Shown here in pieces: positions 58,655 through 64,000 of a DNA stretch of 64,000 nucleotides. Source of the DNA: an uncultured Saprospiraceae bacterium (GTDB taxonomy: Bacteria; Bacteroidota; Bacteroidia; Chitinophagales; Saprospiraceae); the NCBI GenBank assembly GCA_937125475.1, contig CAKZLL010000379.1:3372-67371 (forward strand), in the 5' to 3' direction. Each line of letters starts with the position of its first letter. Position 1 is the first letter of the stretch. Both the position numbers and the translations under genes were made by a program. Below the pieces are notes generated by a model, which did no database searches, was not told where the DNA came from, and saw only the letters and a list, made by a program, of their open reading frames with translations.

Positions 58655-60397
58655 TTATCTAACGTAAGTATTTAAATGATAGTTAACAACTGTTCTTAAC
58701 ACACTTAATCCTAGAACTTGTGCTTCTTTTTCATTGAAACCACGACCTAAATAATGGTTTTCTAATTTGACAAGTGCTTGATAATAAGCAATTTCTAAAG
58801 GCGTAACCATTTTTTTGTGTAACGGATCACTGTCAGACCATTTGTTTAATGCACTCCAAAGACGATCGTTCCAAGTCTCAATAACAGATGCTTCATCCGC
58901 TGAAATAGTTGGCGCTAAATATAATTGAGCGCGGCGAGAATCATAAGCTAATCTAATATTTTCATCTCCTTTACCCAATGCTGCATGATTGGTATGATCC
59001 AAATCTTCCGCGATTGTTTTTAAAACTTTCAATTCTTCCCATTCCATAAAATCACCACAGCCAGAAGCCATTGAGTACAATTTATTGAACATAGAAGCTG
59101 CTTCTTTTGGATGATTTTCAAACAACCAACAAGGCAAAGCAGGTGGGTCTTGCATCGCATCTTGCATATAACTCAAATGCTCAATAATCAATAAAATATT
59201 ATCATAGTGATATTGTTTATTAAAATCCAATCCTGTTGTACCTTTATAAGATCCAGTAACAAATACTTTCTGAATAGCACCATTCATCAATGCATCAATT
59301 AATTGTTGCTTGTTTTGTTCCTTCGGATTCGCTTTTCCTGTATAATACATATAAGCTAAATAAACATCAGCCATCGGATGACCTTCGCTTTTCAAACCGC
59401 CATAAGCCAAGAAAGGGTTTTCATAAATCATATTCACATAACTTTGAATACCACCTTTAACGCCTTCTTCTTTTTTGTTCTGTGCAATGAGTTTATATTG
59501 ATTATATCTATCATTTTTTACCTCAAACATTTTCAATGCATCCTCTGTATTTCGACTATAAACGCCATTTACATCACCTGTAAAGTTAGAATTATCTGCC
59601 AATAAGGTTTGTAATTGTTTAACCGATTTTCTAGGCTTATCATTAAACTCATCATAAGAAACAGGAATATCTGTTGGTTTGACAATCAAAATATCACCAC
59701 CTTTATTTCCAATGTAGCTAATATCTTTATCATTAGAAACTTGTGGTTCAGGTTTAATTTCAGGTCGAATCACAGGCTTAACGACAATAGGTTCAATTTT
59801 CGGCTTTGAAGCTTTTGAAGTATTAACTGCCATTTCAAAAGGACTTGTCTTATGAATTAATCCTCGATTAATATGCTTGATATATGCTCTTTCATGACCT
59901 TTTTCTCTAACCGTTTGCAAATTTAGGTTAGCTGTTTTTAGGTCATTATAAGAACCAATCAAAACTTTAACTTTATCATCTGCCGTTAAATAAACATATA
60001 CACTTTTGAAAACACGCCATTTTTCCCATTCAATTCGCTCTCCTTTATTATAGGATTGAACCTGAACACCATAAGCCATATTTCCAGCATCGATCTTACG
60101 ATTAGAAACAAAAGCATCTTTAAAACCTAATGCTTTAACTTCCGCCAAAACCGATTTTGCTAAAGTTGGATTTTCAAATCGACCTAATAATACACGGTGG
60201 ATTTTTCCAATACTTTCTGTATATAAATAGCCAACTTTCTTTAATTTCTGAAAGTCAGACACTTTTGGACTAGAAAAAGCACCTAATTGAATAACATAAA
60301 CCGCTTCTGGTTGCTTTTTGAAAGGACTTTCTGGGTTCGCGTAATTCTGAACAGTAATAGTACCAATCAGAAATAATATTAACATTAATTGTCTCAT
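58655..60397 (-). CDS. SPOR-domain protein with large uncharacterised C-terminal domain
   Basis: 580 aa; signal peptide; two SPOR-like modules (YVIQLGAFSS...; YGVQVQSYNK...); about 340 aa of unassigned C-terminus. Confidence 0.65.
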   Translation of the reverse strand: MRQLMLILFLIGTITVQNYANPESPFKKQPEAVYVIQLGAFSSPKVSDFQKLKKVGYLYTESIGKIHRVLLGRFENPTLAKSVLAEVKALGFKDAFVSNRKIDAGNMAYGVQVQSYNKGERIEWEKWRVFKSVYVYLTADDKVKVLIGSYNDLKTANLNLQTVREKGHERAYIKHINRGLIHKTSPFEMAVNTSKASKPKIEPIVVKPVIRPEIKPEPQVSNDKDISYIGNKGGDILIVKPTDIPVSYDEFNDKPRKSVKQLQTLLADNSNFTGDVNGVYSRNTEDALKMFEVKNDRYNQYKLIAQNKKEEGVKGGIQSYVNMIYENPFLAYGGLKSEGHPMADVYLAYMYYTGKANPKEQNKQQLIDALMNGAIQKVFVTGSYKGTTGLDFNKQYHYDNILLIIEHLSYMQDAMQDPPALPCWLFENHPKEAASMFNKLYSMASGCGDFMEWEELKVLKTIAEDLDHTNHAALGKGDENIRLAYDSRRAQLYLAPTISADEASVIETWNDRLWSALNKWSDSDPLHKKMVTPLEIAYYQALVKLENHYLGRGFNEKEAQVLGLSVLRTVVNYHLNTYVR

Positions 60398-61017
60398 AAT
60401 TATATTTATTTAGACTCTCTTAATTGTAATAACGAAGTATTTGGTTAGTGATTGTTTTGAATAAGAATTTATAATATATTTAATAAACCTTAACTATTAA
60501 TAAAATGAATTAACAAAAGGTCTATTATATTTTTTTAGTCTTGTGGTTTTAAACTGGAGTCTTTTAGCATGGTTTTACTTAAAATGCGGTGTTTATTGTT
60601 GCTTTGTAATAAGACGGTAAAAATTGTGCCATTGACACTTTTATCAAGAATATTCTTTTTTTAGATAAAAAAAAATGTAATACGTTGTAAATCAACACAA
60701 TATTACAACTTTATTTATATATTAAATTATACATATGTATAGTTTTGTGACTAAAGGGTTTCGTTTATAGACTTTTCTCCTATTTTAGGAATAATGAGCC
60801 TTCTTTTTATAATTATTATTAATCTCCTTTGAATTTTACTTAAACTTAGAAAGACTTTGTAAATTGCTATATTATTTATTGATTACATAATATTGACGAA
60901 TGTTACCCTAGAATAGATGCATTATGCCAATTTTCTTTACATAATACTAACAAAACAAATCAACAAATATTTTCCTTCTCGCTTCTAGAGCGAATAAAAC
61001 CTAAGATAAAATCAATT

Positions 61018-63342
61018 ATGCTTAAAATTAAAGTGATATTATTGCTCCTTATTATTGTAGGACTTAACAGTTGCAATCAAAAAGGGGAGCATTCGACTGC
61101 CTTAAATTTAATTCCTTATCCTGTAAAAGTAATGGAACAAAGCGGTTCTTTTGAACTTAATGCTTCTACAAAAATCATCGCTACTGGAGATGCTAGTCAA
61201 TTGGTTGCGAATTACTTACAAGGACTACTTCATGGTGCTACGGCTTTTGACCTACCTATTGAAAATAAAAAAACAAGTAATTCGATTACTTTAGAATTGG
61301 TAAAAGGCATGGCAGATGAAGCTTATGAATTGTCTGTGCAGCCTCAAGAAATCATCATAAAAGCTAGTCAATCGGCAGGTTTATTTTATGGTGTCCAAAC
61401 CCTTCGACAGCTTTTGCCAACCGAAATAGAAAGTTCAAAAGTTGTTAATAATATCACTTGGAAAGTCAGTTGTGTTGAAATCAAGGACGAACCACGCTTC
61501 AATTATCGTGGAATGCATTTGGATGTAGCGCGTCATTTTTTTCCAGTAAAGTTTGTCAAAAAGTACATTGATATGCTTGCACTTCACAAAATGAATCGCT
61601 TTCATTGGCATTTGACAGAAGATCAAGGCTGGCGAATTGAAATTAAGAAATATCCAAAATTGCAAGAGATTGCAGCTTTTCGCAAAGAAACAATTATTGG
61701 TCATAATAATAACCCGCCTGCACGTTTTGATGGAAAACGCTATGGCGGTTTTTATACTCAAGATGAAATCAAGGAAGTCGTCGCATATGCCAAAGCTCGA
61801 TTCATTACGATCATTCCCGAAATTGAAATGCCAGGTCATGCGATGGCAGCAATCTCAGCTTATCCTGAATTATCTTGTACAGGCGATCCCATAGAAGCCG
61901 CAACTAGATGGGGCGTTTTTAAAACTGTTTTTTGTCCAAAAGAGGAAACTTTTGAATTTTTAGAAAATGTTTTACTGGAAGTTTTCGAGCTTTTTCCGAG
62001 TGAATATATTCATATTGGAGGAGATGAATGCCCAAAAGATGATTGGAAAGCCAGTGAATTTTGTCAAGATTTGATTAAGAAAGAAGGCTTGAAAGATGAG
62101 CATGAATTGCAAAGTTATTTTATTAAAAGAATGGAAAAATTCATTAATTCCCATGATCGACAGATCATCGGCTGGGACGAAATTCTTGAAGGCGGATTAG
62201 CTCCAAATGCGACTGTAATGTCATGGCGCGGCATTAACGGCGGTATTGCAGCAGCACGTCAAGGGCATGATGTGATTATGACACCAAATTCTCATGCGTA
62301 TTTCGATTATTATCAATCTCGATCCAAAAGTGAGCCTTTGGCAATTGGCGGTTTTTTATCATTAGAAAAAGTCTATTCTTATGAACCTATTCCATCGGAT
62401 AGTTTGACGAAAGATCAGGAAAAACACATTCTTGGTGCTCAGGGCAATTTATGGACAGAATATATTACTACACCAAATGTCGCGGAATATATGGCATTTC
62501 CTCGGGCTTTGGCTTTTGCAGAAGTCAATTGGTCGCCAAAATCGGCAAGAGATTATGATAATTTCACTACTCGATTGGGAGCGCATTTTAAGCGATTGGA
62601 CGCAATGGGCGTGAATTACGCGAAACATATTTTTGATGTAACTGCTAATCTCAGCCGCAATGAAGAAGGCAAATTACAAGTCGATTTGAATAGTAAAAAC
62701 CAGCAGGGGAAAATTCATTTTACGACCGACGGAGATATTCCAACACCTGACGCACCGATTTATGAAAAACCTATTCTTTTAGGCGAATCAAATAAAGTCT
62801 ATGCTGCTCTTTTTGAAAATAATAATCCAACGGCTAACTCATTAGGGAATATGTTAAAAGCCGATTTTGTAACACACAAAGCGGCTATTCGTAAGATTAC
62901 GACCAATTTTCCTGCGAGTAAAAGTTTTGGAAAGGGAGATTCTACTTTATTGGTTAATGGTGTTTTGGGCAATCAATCTCGTTTTAATGATGGGCAATGG
63001 TTGGGCTGGCAAGGCAAAAACTTGGAAGCTGTCGTTGATTTAGGTGCGCTTACACCTATTGAATCTATTACTTTACGCTTTTTCAAGAGCGAACATCAAT
63101 GGATTTATTATCCCAAAAAAGCAACAATTTCTTTTTCACATGATAATGAAACGTTTGTCAAAGTCGGAGAATACAGCAATTTCACTGGGCAAAAAGATAA
63201 AGTATTAGATGTGATTTATGATTTAAAAACGAATGTTCAATATATCAAAGTTTCAATAGATCATTATGGGATTATACCAGAAGGACGAAGAGGCGGAGGC
63301 GAAAATGCTTGGTTCTTCATGGATGAAATTGTAGTGCAATAA
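61018..63342 (+). CDS. GH20 beta-N-acetylhexosaminidase with C-terminal discoidin (F5/8 type C)-like domain
   Basis: 774 aa; lipoprotein-type signal (GLNSC); RFHWHLTEDQGWR and HIGGDEC catalytic D-E pair; W-rich GH20 C-terminal motifs. Confidence 0.92.
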   Translation: MLKIKVILLLLIIVGLNSCNQKGEHSTALNLIPYPVKVMEQSGSFELNASTKIIATGDASQLVANYLQGLLHGATAFDLPIENKKTSNSITLELVKGMADEAYELSVQPQEIIIKASQSAGLFYGVQTLRQLLPTEIESSKVVNNITWKVSCVEIKDEPRFNYRGMHLDVARHFFPVKFVKKYIDMLALHKMNRFHWHLTEDQGWRIEIKKYPKLQEIAAFRKETIIGHNNNPPARFDGKRYGGFYTQDEIKEVVAYAKARFITIIPEIEMPGHAMAAISAYPELSCTGDPIEAATRWGVFKTVFCPKEETFEFLENVLLEVFELFPSEYIHIGGDECPKDDWKASEFCQDLIKKEGLKDEHELQSYFIKRMEKFINSHDRQIIGWDEILEGGLAPNATVMSWRGINGGIAAARQGHDVIMTPNSHAYFDYYQSRSKSEPLAIGGFLSLEKVYSYEPIPSDSLTKDQEKHILGAQGNLWTEYITTPNVAEYMAFPRALAFAEVNWSPKSARDYDNFTTRLGAHFKRLDAMGVNYAKHIFDVTANLSRNEEGKLQVDLNSKNQQGKIHFTTDGDIPTPDAPIYEKPILLGESNKVYAALFENNNPTANSLGNMLKADFVTHKAAIRKITTNFPASKSFGKGDSTLLVNGVLGNQSRFNDGQWLGWQGKNLEAVVDLGALTPIESITLRFFKSEHQWIYYPKKATISFSHDNETFVKVGEYSNFTGQKDKVLDVIYDLKTNVQYIKVSIDHYGIIPEGRRGGGENAWFFMDEIVVQ

Positions 63343-63353
63343 GCGTTTAATCT

Positions 63354-63408
63354 AATTTGATCGTTTTCTAAGTATTAGAAAGATTAATACTTAGAAAACG
63401 ATCAAATT
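63354..63408 (+). terminator. Long hairpin terminator of the GH20 gene
   Basis: aatttgatcgttttctaagtatt / aatacttagaaaacgatcaaatt 23-bp perfect stem, starting 12 nt after the stop codon. Confidence 0.7.
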
Positions 63409-63415
63409 AATAACC

Positions 63416-63866
63416 ATGAGAAGAACAATTACCTTTATTTGTATTTTAATTACCCAAATTTCATCCGCTCAATCTTCCTATTCTTTTTTCCATCTGCTCA
63501 AAAAGAAAGCCTTTTTTCTGTTAAAGGAGATTTTTCGGATATGTGTAACGATTGTATTTTTGGTTATCAAGCCATCAACAGATTAGTCAGTAATAGCGAT
63601 ACCCTTATCCGTCATAGCAAGATTTTCAAAAGAGAACATAATTTTCCAAATCCAGCTCAAAACGCTATCTATTTTATGATTGATTTACCGAGTATTAGCC
63701 CTGCTACACTAGAAATTTTTAACTTAGAGGGCAATTATTAATGAGGCAAAATATTGAGCTATCCAATACTCAAAATGCAGTCAATATAGAACATTTGCCG
63801 CAAGGCGTTTACATTTCTAAAATCCAAACGAACAAAAATGCTTGGATCGGGAAATTTGTTAAATAA
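63416..63866 (+). pseudogene. Small T9SS cargo gene interrupted by two frameshifts
   Basis: Frame 2: MRRTITFICILITQISSAQSSYSFF. Frame 1 (track ORF 63439-63741): ...FPNPAQNAIYF...LEIFNLEG. Frame 3: QLLMRQNIELS...LPQGVYISKIQTNKNAWIGKFVK* (stop 63864-63866). The switches fall at the T6 run 63485-63490 and the G-run about 63728-63731. Confidence 0.6.
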
Positions 63867-63874
63867 AATAAAAC

Positions 63875-64000
63875 ATGAGTAATCAACAAACTATAATAAA
63901 GGATTTAAACAAGCAGTTCAATCAACTTTTCGAATGGTTAGATCAGCAAGCACCAGATCTATTTGCAGTGTCTCCAATAGCTGGAAAATGGTCAACAGGT
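63875..64000 (+). CDS. Partial CDS (N-terminus only), possibly DinB-family
   Basis: MSNQQTIIKDLNKQFNQLFEWLDQQAPDLFAVSPIAGKWSTG runs off the window end; a weak resemblance to DinB_2 N-termini. Confidence 0.35.
   Translation, partial: MSNQQTIIKDLNKQFNQLFEWLDQQAPDLFAVSPIAGKWSTG

Noticed and set aside
63439-63741. 100-aa ORF as an independent gene
   Set aside because: It starts at a TTG inside a signal-peptide-coding segment of another frame and contains only the first half of a T9SS sorting domain. It is better explained as the middle piece of a twice-frameshifted gene (63416-63866).

Overview
AT-rich chromosomal segment that I infer is from a Bacteroidota genome. The inference rests on seven type-A T9SS C-terminal sorting domains, a BshA-type GT4, an ExbB-x-ExbD-ExbD cluster, and TAnnTTTG-like -7 boxes in place of Shine-Dalgarno sites. 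I can support about 48 protein genes, two frameshifted genes, one tRNA-Ser(GGA) and one IS element. I found no rRNA, no CRISPR array and no prophage. (1) 6.7-25.2 kb is an island of large secreted T9SS cargo genes: an FG-GAP/ASPIC protein, a PAP2/vanadium-haloperoxidase-like protein, a ~1320-aa GEVED plus multi-MAM protein, two paralogous unknowns and a GH13 amylase. A single-ORF IS66-family element with an 8-bp target duplication has landed in the ~30-nt spacer between the two paralogues. The upstream paralogue is also frameshifted. (2) 26.7-29.6 kb is an accessory/defence-like patch. It holds a HaeIII/NgoPII-like m5C methyltransferase overlapping (ATGA) a PD-ExK restriction endonuclease. Next comes an orphan Cas6/RAMP-like gene with no array or other cas genes, followed on its own strand by a GGA-rich structured untranslated tail. 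That gene lies directly downstream of a PAS histidine kinase and a REC-cNMP-HTH(Crp) response regulator. The divergent promoter of the kinase operon carries two FNR-geometry palindromes and faces a redox-dead thioredoxin-like/2xUSP fusion gene. (3) The remainder is mostly housekeeping (pdxH, bcp, bshA, UbiD-family decarboxylase, exbBD, tatD, Nfu, nhaC, lpxD, gcvT, GH20 hexosaminidase). It is interspersed with unusual secreted proteins: a MORN-caspase fusion, an ankyrin-repeat protein, a Trp-repeat protein and an arginase-fold protein with degenerate metal ligands. Non-coding oddities include heptamer tandem arrays arranged as inverted pairs (CCTGACA type, three copies; AATTGAT type), several long intergenic palindromes, and an orphan plus-strand terminator. 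All family assignments come from motif recognition by eye; no database search was run.
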